From Eledone cirrhosa (taxonomy: Eukaryota): DNA of 64,000 nt. The translations under genes were made by a program, and so were the position numbers. The stretch lies in contig OZ024763.1 of NCBI GenBank assembly GCA_964016885.1, positions 5,952,001 through 6,016,000 of the forward strand. Direction: 5' to 3'. The notes below the pieces were generated by a model. It saw nothing but the letters and a program-made list of their open reading frames with translations, had not been told where the DNA came from and did no database searches. The first letter of the stretch is position 1; each line of letters begins with the position of its first letter. Shown piece by piece: positions 40,988 to 54,769 of the stretch.

Positions 40988-41614
40988 TTTTCACAACAAT
41001 CTGTCTACTAGTAAAGACACTATAAACATTTAGTACAAAACAACACTATGACAACATCACATTAAATATTAAAGTCTTTACTGTAATACTGTATATTTTC
41101 ACAACAATCTGTCTACTAGTAAAGACACTATAAACATTTAGTACAAAACAACACTATGACAACATCACATTAAATATTAAAGTCTTTACTGTAATACTGT
41201 ATATTTTCACAACAATCTGTCTACTAGTAAAGATACTATAAACATTTAGTACAAAACAACACTATGACTACATCACATTAAATATTAAAGTCTTTACTGT
41301 AATACTGTATATTTTCACAACAATCTGTCTACTAGTAAAGACACTATAAACATTTAGTACAAAACAACACTATGACAACATCACATTAAATATTAAAGTC
41401 TTTACTGTAATACTGTATATTTTCACAACAATCTGTCTACTAGTAAAGACACTATAAACATTTAGTACAAAACAACACTATGACTACATCACATTAAATA
41501 TTAAAGTCTTTACTGTAATACTGTATATTTTCACAACAGTCTGTCCACCAGTAAAGACACTATAAACATTTAGTACAAAACAACACTATGACTACATCAC
41601 ATTAAATATTAAAG
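40988..41614. repeat. 108-bp tandem repeat, ~5.8 copies
   Basis: ttttcacaacaatctgtctactagt recurs with a 108-nt period (40988, 41096, 41204…). Confidence 0.95.
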
Positions 41615-41619
41615 TGAAG

Positions 41620-41830
41620 TCACATGGCTCAGTGATTAGAGAGTTGGATTCGCAATTGAGAGGTTGCGAGTTCAATTCTCGAGTCGGGTGATGTCCTTGA
41701 ACAAGACACTTTATTTCCCGTTGCTCTCACTGCCAGGAGTTGCAACCGGTAGATGGTATCAGCAATGGAAACATTGTTTCCTTGGACCAATTTGATGAGG
41801 TCCACCCCCACTTGGTAAGCGAATGAGGTC
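41620..41830 (+). mobile_element. tRNA-like SINE whose body resembles the 79-bp satellite unit
   Basis: catggctcagtgattagag…gagttcaattctc head. The body contains agatggtatcagcaatggaaacattgtttccttgg. Confidence 0.7.
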
Positions 41831-41932
41831 CGGGACCTTGTCGATCGATTACAGCGAGCAACAAAACAGAACCAAGATGGAGGAGGAGGAGGAGGGGGGA
41901 GAAAGAAGAGGAGGAGGAGGAGGTCTACTCAC

Positions 41933-42148
41933 ATGTTGCACCTGGTCACTCAACCTCTCGTTGTGTTGAGTTAGCTCCCTTATTATATTAACTTTGTCTT
42001 TATCTCCGGCAGTCAACTGTTGTTGCTGTCCCTGTAAATCCTGTCGTAGTTGGTTGACATCATCCTGCAGTTCCTTCACCGTGTTCTCATATTCCGCCTC
42101 CAGTGATTCCAGTCTCAACCGCAACGCATGGCGCTCCTGTTCCAGTTC
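41933..42148 (-). CDS. BICDL1: BICD family-like cargo adaptor exon (ELEQERHALRLRLESLEAEYENTVKELQDDV…IRELTQHNERLSDQVQH, 72 aa)
   Basis: 216-nt phase 0-0 exon with tattgtag acceptor and CAT|gtgagt donor. Strong resemblance to BICDL1 LEQEKHELRRRFE…ELESDVKQLQDEL…ELSEQNQRLLDQL (recalled). Confidence 0.92.
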
Positions 42149-42243
42149 CTACAATACACAACACAACACAACACTATATATATATATATATATACTACAA
42201 TACACAACACTATATATATATATATATATACTACAATACACAA

Positions 42244-42279
<36 letters not shown>

Positions 42280-42291
42280 TACAATACACAA

Positions 42292-42329
<38 letters not shown>

Positions 42330-43134
42330 TACAATACACAACACAACACAATATATATATATATATATATATACTACAATACACAACACAACACAATATA
42401 TATATATACTACTATACAATACACAACACAACACAACACAATATATATATATATATATACTACAATACACAACACAACACAATATATATATATATACTAC
42501 AATACACAACACAACACAACACAATATATATATATATATATACTACAATACACAACACAACACAATATATATATATATATATATATACTACAATACACAA
42601 CACAACACAACACTATATATATATATATATATATATATACTACAATACACAACACAACACAACACAATATATATATATATACTACAATACACAACACAAC
42701 ACAACACAATATATATATATATATATATACTACAATACACAACACAACACAACACAATATATATATATATATATACTACAATACACAACACAACACAACA
42801 CAACACAATATATATATATATACTACAATACACAACACAACACAACACAATATATATATATATACTACAATACACAACACAACACAACACAATATATATA
42901 TATATATATACTACAATACACAACACAACACAACACAATATATATATATATATATACTACAATACACAACACAACACAACACAACACAATATATATATAT
43001 ATATATACTACAATACACAACACAACACAACACAACACAATATATATATATATATATATACTACAATACACAACACAACACAACACAACACTATATATAT
43101 ATATATATATACTACAATACACAACACAACACAA

Positions 43135-43165
<31 letters not shown>

Positions 43166-43349
43166 CTACAATACACAACACAACACAACACAATATATAT
43201 ATATATATATACTACAATACACAACACAACACAACACTATATATATATATATATATACTACAATACACAACACAACACAACACTATATATATATATATAT
43301 ACTACAATACACAACACAACACAACACTATATATATATATACTACAATA
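42149..43349. repeat. Compound array of ctacaata(cacaa)n(ta)n units, ~30 copies
   Basis: Directly visible. It begins exactly at the exon acceptor. Confidence 0.95.
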
Positions 43350-43561
43350 CTGAATTCTTGGCCCAGTTTATCATCAGTGTCCCATGTCATATAAAGATGT
43401 TTCTTTAAAGGACTATAATAGTTATAAAAGACAGTTAAACATCTCTGAAATACCTGCTTTAGTCCTGTTGTCTGCTGGTGTACTGCTCTGATTCACATAT
43501 TGGTCAAATGATTCAGCTACATTGAGAAGACACACAGTATTTATGTGTGTGAGTGTGTTTG

Positions 43562-43595
<34 letters not shown>

Positions 43596-44124
43596 AACTT
43601 TCTAACCGCCTTCTTTGATTCTTACACATTGAAAATATATTCTTAAGAATTCTCTCTTAATTCTGTGGTACACCTGACTGGCTTGGCATCCACAGGTCAG
43701 ACTGCCTTCTTACACCCTCCCCTTTGTTCTTCAGGCCTGTTCAGAGAAGGTGTGGCAAAATACCAGGTGGACCATAACCATCCAGAGTACTTGATACTTG
43801 GGGTACTAGAGTGGGTAATGTGAAAAGATTCAGGACCCCGACGGCTGAGCTCCGGCCATTTCGACAGTTAAATCCAAACTGAATCGTAGGTCTTCGAACG
43901 GCGGGAATCTAGCTGAACTTATAGGAACAGGAAGTTGGTTATTAGTGGTGGGATGGAAGTGTGGTATTGGTTGGAAAGTGCTCCACTACAAAGTAGGAGC
44001 TAAAGATCAGAAAAGGTATGGTAAAATACCAGGTGGACCAGAACCCACCAGAGTACTCGATACTTGGGGTAGCAGAGCTCGGATCTAGCTGTCGAAGCTC
44101 AGGCATCAGGGTCCTGAATCTTTT

Positions 44125-44227
<103 letters not shown>

Positions 44228-44316
44228 ATGTAAAAGGTAAACAGAAATAACAACACAATCGGTACAATATATGGAAGGAACATATTAGGTTAACGCTTGA
44301 TATAGCAGGAAGAGGG

Positions 44317-44352
44317 TCTTAACGTTTCGGACGCTAGTCCTTCATCAGAAGA
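44317..44352 (-). ncRNA. Minimal type I hammerhead ribozyme motif (Penelope-like repeat)
   Basis: Minus strand: tctt CTGATGA a ggac tagc gtcc GAAA cg tt aaga. Stems I and II pair perfectly. Confidence 0.7.
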
Positions 44353-45261
44353 GAGAATGAAAACTTAGATAGATTGAGGGGACGGGCTGGTTGGAATTGG
44401 AAAAAATGTCTTTAGATAAAAATAACAAGTCCATTCATGTTGCCATCTCTTATATAGATATATATATATAATAGTAAGGGTGCAATTGGATTGCGTTCAC
44501 AGGCCATATGCCAAGATGAGCATTCGATGCTATTAGGGAGCAGAGTATCAATAATAATAATAATTAGGGAACAAAGAATCAGTGTTGCATCGTATACATA
44601 TTTAATTACATATTACATATGTTTCACTGTCGATCAGCTCGGGGAACGATTGATTATGTTTGTTCCTGACTCTGGAATCGAAAGCTCCTCAGATATGTGC
44701 TTTCACATGTAGACTCACATGTAGAGACACAATTACACAGTTATTATTATTAGTTTCACGCTTGTTGGGAAAGGAATGTTTTGATGTATTGGACATGAGT
44801 CCTTCATCAGAAAAGAGTAAAGTTAGGAGAAAGAGGATGTTTGAAGAAAAAACAATGTGTATGTATGTGTGAAACAAAAGGTTTAAGAGACATCCATGTG
44901 AAACAAAGTTTTATAAGGAATTTGAAGGATGCTCTGTAAACCATATAACAAACTTCAAGACATACCCTGTATTACAATAAAGTTTTATAATGAACTTTGA
45001 AATATTCTCAACAAATTTTAAGGGACAGTGTGTGATACAAAGTTTTATAACGAATTTTAAGGGACAGCCTGTGAAACAAAGTTTTATAACAAATTTTAAG
45101 GGACAGTATATGATACAAAGTTTTATAACAAAAACAATGTTTTATAAGGAACATGAAGGGTTAGCCCGTGATACAAAGTTTTATAAGGAACTATAAGGTT
45201 TGATATCCCTATGATACATATAATTAATAGTTTATGATGCAGAGGGTGTTGTATATTTTAC

Positions 45262-46056
45262 CTTAATCCGTATCTGTAGTTGTTTTACCTCCACTGAACT
45301 TTTTTGTTGGTTGTTCAATGTGATCCTACATTTCTTCATACGACTCTTCAGATTTACACTGGTGAAAGAATTTGTAAAAGCATCTCGAATTTGGTTCACC
45401 TGCTTCTCAAGAAGCTCAGCTTTTTGGAGATTTCGCTGACATTGGGCACACATGTAAGAACTTCCAACATCACAAAGCTTCAGTTCTTCAGATGCTCCAA
45501 TGAAATAAGAGATTCTTTCCGGGAGCGAGGAGGTGTTGCTCTTTTTCTGGCCCTTGAAGATGTTTGTGTAAGAAGAGCCACAGATCTTCAGGTTGTTTTC
45601 GCAGATCAGGCAGAAAATCTCCTCGCACTTGGACACCACGTGAACAGGTTTGTCGTATTTCTTGGGCATCTCTGGAGAACCAGGAGCAAGGTGACTGGTT
45701 TCCGAGGAGTTCGAAAAAAGGCTAGAACCAGAGGATCTCTGCAGATGTGTTGATGACGTCTCTGATGGAGCCAAAGACCCAACCTCGACTTCAACCTCAG
45801 CCTCAGCTTCGGTTAATTCCCAGATGTCCGAAAACTCAGAGTCTTCTGATGAATTCGAATTCTCCGATTCTTCTGGATCGTTTCTCAGTGTTTCTTCGTC
45901 GTTGTTTGCCTTCCCTTTCCTTGTAGAAGTATTTCCATATATTCCGTGTGTTCTGTGAGTTCCGGTTATGCAATTGTCTGGCACTGTAATATTTGGTTCT
46001 GTTATTTCTGCTTGTTCGGTGACTTCATATAGAACTGTAAACTGGGGGCTGTCCAT
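45262..46056 (-). CDS. ATG-initiated exon encoding an acidic/Ser-rich region and a ZAD-like (CxxC-x50-CxxC) zinc domain; candidate first coding exon of the adaptor gene
   Basis: 265 codons of complex sequence. ACAATGG start context with an in-frame TGA at 46080-46078. CLIC at 45612-45601 and CAQC at 45450-45439, followed by an amphipathic helix. AAG|gtaaaa phase-0 donor at 45262; the unspliced frame stops at 45232. Confidence 0.75.
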
Positions 46057-46615
46057 TGTTCCAGAAGCTATCAATTCTCACCAAAGACGTGGAAGAAGAA
46101 TCCGTATTTAAGACAATGGTGATCCACAAATGAATCTGACATCCAAGTTAAAGTCTCGTTTGTTCCAATCAGATCAACTTCACAATCGGAATAAACAACA
46201 CACATGGCTAATCAGTAATGACGATTGATTAATATCAAACTAATTATTTTATTATATTTTATTTACTTCACTATTTTTCTGGTATTAAAACAAAGATTAG
46301 TTTGTTTCTCGTTGTTGTTTTCTATCCCTATCAGACTGCACCTCTCTTCCTCTCTCTCAGCTTGTATCACAATTTCTGTTTTTCTCTCTGTATTTCTCTT
46401 CCTCTCTCTCTCTCTCTCCCTCAAATCGTTAAATTTTTCAAAGTTAAATTAGTAAATAATTTAATAACAGTTGAATTATTTCCCCATCTCTCTCTCACCT
46501 TCTTTACCTTGAAGTCAGCTCCGAGCAAATAGCCGAATGTTAAACATCAATACATCCACACACACACACATTCATCTAGAAAAATATACACTCACACCCA
46601 CACACCCACACACAC

Positions 46616-46646
<31 letters not shown>

Positions 46647-46989
46647 TATATATATATGGAGAGAGAGAGAAAGATATATATATATAGAGAGAGAGAGAGA
46701 AAGATATATATATATATAGAGAGAGAGAGAGAAAGATATATATATATATAGAGAGAGAGAGAGAAAGAGAGAGAGAGGGGGGGGGGTAAGAAAATAAAAG
46801 AGATGATGGACTATTTGAAAAAGAGGAAAAAACCACAAGAAAATCAATGCCAGGAATTAACTGGGTCTTTAGGAGGATTAACATTCAATATTACCAGATT
46901 AATGAGAGAGAGGGGGGAGGAGGGCGAGAGAAAGAGAGGGAGATAGAGAGAGTCCAGCTAGGATTATCCTTACACAAACAACACATATG

Positions 46990-47088
<99 letters not shown>

Positions 47089-47109
47089 CATATATATACA
47101 TATATATAC

Positions 47110-47144
<35 letters not shown>

Positions 47145-47519
47145 CATATATATACATATATATATATATACATATATATATATACATTAGTAGAAAAGAT
47201 AAATAAGATTTAGAAAGCAACTGTTTTGGCTGGGGTGAATTATTATTGGAGGTCTTAAGAGGTGTTAAAAGTACTGCAAATACCATCCGCACACCCTAAA
47301 TACCCAGACTACTCTGGGTATTTTTCTTTTTTCTGTGAAAGTTGAATAAACCTCGGGAAATCCAAATATTTTGTTGACTTATTAACACCTTATTTTCAGC
47401 TTCTACTTAACCGTTTAACCTCTTAAGGAATTAGGACAGGTTTGGGGTTGAACATTCATTTGGCTTTTGAATAAACCCTAAAATCTCAAATTTATAATCT
47501 TAATCGATTTTATTATTAA

Positions 47520-47550
<31 letters not shown>

Positions 47551-47814
47551 CATCATCATCATCATCGTTTAACATCCACTTTCCATGCTAGCATGGGTTA
47601 GAGGGGTTGTTACATTTGAGGCAAGTTGGATCAGGTGACTGTGTCTTGTTCATATAGAACTATTTCTGGTTAGGTTTCTACAACCGGATGCCCTTCGAAT
47701 TCCAACCATATTTACTATGTGTGTCAGGTGCTTTTTGTTGACACCTACATGACCATTTTACCGTGTGGGCTGAGTGCTTTTTGTTGTGACACCTACTTAC
47801 ATGACCACTTTATA

Positions 47815-47877
<63 letters not shown>

Positions 47878-48011
47878 TATGTATATATATATATGTGTGT
47901 GTGTGTAAATATATTATATATAAAGATCTCAATGTTGTTGATTCAACATTTTGTATTGAAATTAAAAAAAGAAATAGAAAAAAAAATCTATGATTATATT
48001 CTAGCCTTGCA

Positions 48012-48067
<56 letters not shown>

Positions 48068-48572
48068 AACCTCTATCTGGCTAGCCATCTATACGTCTTC
48101 TGTCTCTCTATCCTTTTTATCTATCCATCTATCTATTCATCTGTCTATCTGTTTTATCTATCTATCTATCTAACTGTCTATCTATCTACCTATCTATCCC
48201 TCCACCACCAGACTCTCCCCCACACCCCACCCTACCGCCCCCCAAAGTTCACTGCTAAAATGTCATGAGCAGATTAAGTCCATCTTGAGCCGTTTCGTGG
48301 CCAACTCAGCTCTGCTAATCCTCCACATATAACTAATTAAAGGTTTAATATCAATTATCTGTGATGGTGGTGGTGGCGGCGGCAGTTGTTGGAGATGGGG
48401 GAGGGGTGGATTTGTTGCGAAGGGCGTGGTGCAAACAATCACCTCACTCGCTCTCTCTCTCTCTCTCTCTCTGTATATATATGTATATATAAATATATGT
48501 GTGTGTGTGTGTGTGTGTGTATAAAACGGAAGTTGTCGTTTTTCCAATGCAGTTTGTTAAAAATGTTTCATT

Positions 48573-48622
<50 letters not shown>

Positions 48623-48824
48623 AGAAAAGGTGTGGTACCAGGAGGACCATAACGCACCAGAGTACTCAATACTATGGGTAGTAGAGTGGGTAATAGGAAA
48701 AGTGAGAGAGAAACTGAGAGACAGACAACCATACACACACACATATACATATACATATATATATATACACACACACACACATACATATATATACACACAC
48801 ATACATACATATATATACATACGC

Positions 48825-48875
<51 letters not shown>

Positions 48876-48944
48876 TATATATATACACACATATATATAC
48901 ACACGCACATACATATATATATATACACACATATAGATATATAT

Positions 48945-48989
<45 letters not shown>

Positions 48990-49329
48990 TACATATATAT
49001 ATATATATACACACACATACAAGTATACACACACACACATACATATATACACACACACACACATATATATATACACACACACATACATATATATATATAG
49101 ACACACATACATATATATATATATATACACACACATACACATACATACACATATATATTTATATATATACACACAGACACACATATAAATATATATATCA
49201 GATTAAGTAATAAGAAATTAGTAGCAATAGAATCGGCCTAAAACTGTTATTAATCCAGGTTACCAGTCATATATTTCTATTTTTAGACTGAGGGTATTTG
49301 AGATTCCCATTTGAAAGCTATATTTATCA

Positions 49330-49473
<144 letters not shown>

Positions 49474-49494
49474 ATATATGTATATATGTATGTC

Positions 49495-50215
49495 AGGTCA
49501 CCAGTTGGTGCTACTGGTAACATGTATCCCAGTACAACCTGTCTCATGGTCGGGTCGTTGGCGACTAAACTGGCAACCCCACCAAGGTTTCTTGGTGAGG
49601 AGGGTGACTTTGGACATCCTGCAGGACTAAAAACAAAACCTGTCAAAGGGCAAAGGAGCTCTTAAGAGTCAATGGCCATCCAAAATCACCGGGAGAGATG
49701 ACCCCTTAGCCTTTGTCAAGGCAGAATTCTAGGAGAAGGAAAACTCTGATATAACACCTGCAACCCTGATGGTATCCAATGATGTTGACTTGTTCTTCTT
49801 TTTGGTAAATATCATCTTGGTCAAGAGAGTGGGACTGGCTTTGTGCAGTGCCTTTGCTCACTATAAAAGCTTCACGGCACAGGCATTGCTTTATATCTGG
49901 AGATCTCTCTGCACTTGTCGTCACATGGTACCATGGGCCCAGCACTATCTGTCAATAATTGTCAATAATTGTGTAGTGTTTGTACCAGAGTTTTCAAGTC
50001 GCTGGCTGGACTAAAAAGTCACACTCGTTCAGCGCATCGGTAGGGGTTCTCCTACATGGATATAAAGTAGTAGCCGTACTCGAAAACGAGTTGGCAGCCA
50101 CCATATATATATATATATATATGTGTGTGTATATATATATATATATGTGTGTGTATATATATACATATATATATGTGTGTATATATATATATATATATGT
50201 GTGTGTATATATATA

Positions 50216-50249
<34 letters not shown>

Positions 50250-50285
50250 AATGTAAATATATATATATAAATATATATAAATGTA

Positions 50286-50317
<32 letters not shown>

Positions 50318-50328
50318 CACAAATATAA

Positions 50329-50359
<31 letters not shown>

Positions 50360-50430
50360 TAAATATATATATATAAATATATATATATAAATATACACAT
50401 ATATATATATATATACATATATAAATATAC

Positions 50431-50497
<67 letters not shown>

Positions 50498-51060
50498 TAT
50501 ATATATATACACACACACACACACAAGTCCCTGGCTGTCAGAATGTCTTATGGACTGGATCCTGTTAGGAGGAAGAATTTGCCTCTTGGGTATTGGGCTG
50601 AGGGAGAGGTCTCTGCGGGTGGTGCAAATTTATGCATCCCCAAAGAAGGAACCCAAATACATGTCCTTGCTTCATGAAGTCACTGCAGCATTAGATTGAG
50701 TTATGGCTGAGTCATATACCCCGATGACAGACTTCAATGCTCAGCACTGACCACCTGCAATGGAAAGGAGTGATTGGAAAGAATGGCGACCCCCCCCCCC
50801 ATCCATCCCCATCTAAATACGAATAAAGAGGCCTTACTAGACTTCTGTTCTAGCAATGGACTCTCTATTATGAACACTCTCTTCCAGCACAGAGAGACAT
50901 CCATAAATATACATGGTATAAGGGGAATCAGGGACAGAGATCAATAATTGATTTTGTTATTGTCTCTGATCGCTTTGATTCTGTGCTGGATGTTTGTGTT
51001 AAGAGAGGGGCTGGGCTGTCAACTTATCACCATGTAATTATCTGCAACATGAGACTATCT
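49495..51060 (+). mobile_element. Fragmented RTE-type LINE 5' region and AP-endonuclease remnant
   Basis: ~50830-51050 translates LLDFCSSNGLSIMNTLFQ…IHKYTWY…RSIIDFVIVSD. The 49700-49890 segment resembles 28740-28950. Confidence 0.7.
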
Positions 51061-51451
51061 AGATATACACACACACATATACATTTGTAATTCCTGGAGG
51101 ACTCTACAATGTGTACGATGCATAGTTTTATGATGAAAATTTTCCAAGGGAGAGCACTCTAAAGAGACTATTTAAATAAGCAATTAGTAGCTTATATTTT
51201 GCTAATTATCTCCCTTGTTTTACATTTTAACCTCTCGTTTTGTGTCAACAATACGCGTCTATAAAAGTATATTGATTTTTTTTTTATGGATTTTCCTCAT
51301 ATATAAGCAGTATAGATTTATTGAACGATGTTGAACAATATGTGAACAATATGTGAAGAATAAAATTGACAACATTGGCAATAATAAAAAATATATAAAT
51401 AAATAAAAAACAAGATGGAGAGAGTACAATGTTCACACCCTCTGCCAGATG

Positions 51452-51506
<55 letters not shown>

Positions 51507-52189
51507 TAAAATATGTATATGATGCATTTATTATTATTATATATGGGTGTGTGCGTACGCATATGTATGTACGTATATGTACGTATATATATATATATAT
51601 ATATATATATACAACTTACAGAATAAAAACACCATTAGGCACTGGATTTACACATTATGAAGAGTTCTTTCAAAGTAATAGAAACACCAGCACCGTCTCT
51701 AGCCAAGGTACACACAACTATGCTCAATAAGACAAAGACAACATACAATGAAACTAACAATGATTTAACCTCAAACAGGTTTATTTCGAAATTCTACTGG
51801 AGTAACCAGGAGACATTGATCAAGTGACACTGATGGTTGGGGCGTATAACTGCCCCTATTAGGCCCTGAAACAGAATAGTGGTCGGAGTTTTAACACCGT
51901 GGCCCTAAGACATGGATAAATATCTTTTTAACGTTTTCCACAGTGTACATAATTTTTGTTTTAAGAATGCAAACTTATCATGTACTTCTTAAATCGTGAA
52001 TAATTAAGATAATAATTGTTTTTAATTAAGATAATAAAAATGGTGACATGTTGACGTAAAAACTGAGGGAAAAGCGATGTAGAAAACACAAGTGTATGTC
52101 AACAATCTGGCTATTGTTATTTGGTGACATTCTGGCTATTTACAATAACAGGAAGATCAAAGTAAACTGACTAGAGAGATATATCAGAG

Positions 52190-52290
52190 ACTAACAGAGC
52201 AGCCCGCCGTTGCTGGTCAATGTTCACACAGGAATGCCTTTGAATCAATTATTTTTTTTATCCCATGTCAGACCATGTCTCTTCCATGTT
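52190..52290 (-). mobile_element. Second Helitron-family 3' terminus
   Basis: agcccgccgttgctggtcaat…atgccttt…gtcagaccatgtctt closely resembles 9557-9650. Confidence 0.55.
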
Positions 52291-53284
52291 TCATCTACAA
52301 ACACAAGAAATTGTCTAAATATAAGTTTGAAAGCAGAGGCAATGGAGAGGAGTTCCAGCTAGATCCTGTCAACAAAATCTCCATAAGGTTTAAATACACA
52401 ATAAATCTCCGATGTCTGAATGGCTTATATCAACAGAAGGATACCCAGGAGTGATGACCTGGATATGGCCCGGCCCCCTTAGAGTTTAATAAGTTATGGG
52501 TTAAAATACTTGCTTGAGGGGGGGGGGGGGGCTTCTTTGCAGACTTTCAGCTGTCCAGCTTTCCTCAGAGTTTCCTACCACTTGGGATGTAAATTTCGAA
52601 AATCAGATCTGTTTTTCTCTAGGACGCACCTTTCAGAACCTTTTGGCAACATACACACATACATACATTCTCAAATATATAGTAGACAAGAACCCCTGTA
52701 CTCTAAGGGAACAGTCCAGAAATGGATTACAACCCCTGTACTCTAATGGAACAGTCCACACATTGACTACGACCTCTGTACCCTAATGGAACAGTCCAGA
52801 AATGGACCACAACCGCTGTACTTTGATAATATTTCAACTCCTGATAATTTTAAACACATTCCAAGGACCAACCAATATACATACACATACACATACACAT
52901 ACACTAGTACATGTGCACACACACACACACACACACACATGTACAAACACAAACTAATACATGTACACACATACTAGTACCCACACACATGCTAGTACAT
53001 GTATGTACTGACACAAACACACACAGTAGTACATATACAGACATACAAACCCTGGAGATGCACCTGCTGATATAGTAAAAGTTCACACAAAACTCTTGAA
53101 AACATGCTGATAATAATGGTAATAATAATAGCAGCAATAATAATAATAATTATTGTTTCTACTTTAGGCACAAGGACAGCAATTTGAAGAAGAGGGGAAA
53201 GTTGATTAAATTGACCCCAGTCTGTTACTGGTATTATATTTATCGACCCTGTAAGGATGAAGGGCAAAGCTAATCTCAGTGTTC

Positions 53285-53792
53285 AACATAACTCCACAAG
53301 TGTACGAACACTGGACGAGTGCGTCCAGAATAGTTTCATTGTTCTGCACACATCTCAGGCAGGTCCGTCTGACAGCACTTCCGTGCCTGTAGAGTTTATC
53401 TTGAATGTGCAGTGCCCCCTGGAAGCACTGCCAAGCGAGGGATTTCTGGAAATTATCACACATCTTCCTGAAATCGTTCAGCTCACGATTGTTTCTGTCT
53501 GTCAAAGACTGAATTGTGGTTTTGTTACCACGTTGCACCTCCGCCACACAGGCTCATTGAACAGCTTTGGTTCCTTTATTTGTTAGATCATGCACCTTAG
53601 CTCTGACAATGCAGCCTTTGTGTTTTAAATTGAAGAAATGGTCTAATGCCATTCTCGCTGCTAACACGTCAGTTGCAATGCCACTACAAATAGCCTCGTC
53701 TAATTTAGCTACCAGCTCACCCCCCTTTCTATTTCCCTCTAACACTATTTCTTTGCTAAAACCTATCAAAATTACTCTAATCTCTCTTTCCA
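53285..53792 (-). mobile_element. Tx1/L1-like LINE ORF2 fragments, internally deleted
   Basis: SLAWQCFQGALHIQDKLYRHG…CLRC…ETILDALVQC is a zf-RVT-like CCHC region. GCIVRAK lies in the pre-RT linker. Confidence 0.7.
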
Positions 53793-53963
53793 GAGCAACA
53801 ACAACAATAATAATAATAATAAATTAGAGACAAAATTGAAATAGAAAATATAAATAATTTGATAATTTATCTTCGATTAAACATTTGTGTGGGAAATCTT
53901 GAAATCCCAACAACTGTGAGATTAAATTGGAGTAGTGGGAGGAGGAGGGGGTGAAAGGGGTGT

Positions 53964-54025
<62 letters not shown>

Positions 54026-54074
54026 GGTGTTAAATGAAATCAATACTTGTGAGAAGATAGTGATTATATAAAAA

Positions 54075-54425
54075 TGTCATTGACCCCTACTTCTGTAGTT
54101 AACCTCACCTTCTGTAGTTAACCCCACATTCTGTAGTTAACCCCTATTTCTGTAGTTGACTCCTGCTTTTGTAGTTGACCCCAGCTTCTGTAGTTGAGCC
54201 CAGTTTCTGTAGTTAACCCCTACTTCTGTACTTGAGCCCAGATTCTGTAGTTGAGCCCTGCTTCTATAGTTGACCCCTGCTTCTGTAGTTGACCCCTACT
54301 TCTGTAGCTGACCCCTACTTCTGTAGTTAACCCCTACTTATGTAGTTGAGCCCAACTTATGTAGTTGACTCCAGCTTCTGTAGTTGAGCCCAGCTTATGT
54401 AGTTGAGCCCTGCTTGAGCAGTTGG
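54075..54425. repeat. 19-bp minisatellite
   Basis: Unit ttctgtagttgacccctac, ~18 copies. Confidence 0.9.
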
Positions 54426-54769
54426 CCCCTGCTGGTGTAGCTGAACAGTAAGTTTAACTACATGTTAAATGGTGCTTGCTATTGGTATGATATGGTCCTG
54501 TAACTCCTGGGGGAATCGTAGGGGCACCATATTGATATACAGCATTTCTAGGGCATTTTAAAGCCTGGCAGAGCCCATCTCCTCTCCAGGTCAGTAGATT
54601 TCTTCCAGAGAGAGAGTGGAAGAAAGGAAATGAGAAAGAGATATAGAGGAAGAATCTAGCCCAGTACTGGACTAGACTTAAAATAATTGTAAAATGTAAA
54701 ACATAACCCATCCATTAGAAGTGCTGTCCAGAGAATATTAAATGCTGGGTCACTGCTGATACCTCAGTT

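Noticed and set aside
41994-43408. 416-466-aa plus-strand ORFs (YIYI/TTQHN)
   Set aside because: These are translations of a stop-free compound microsatellite.
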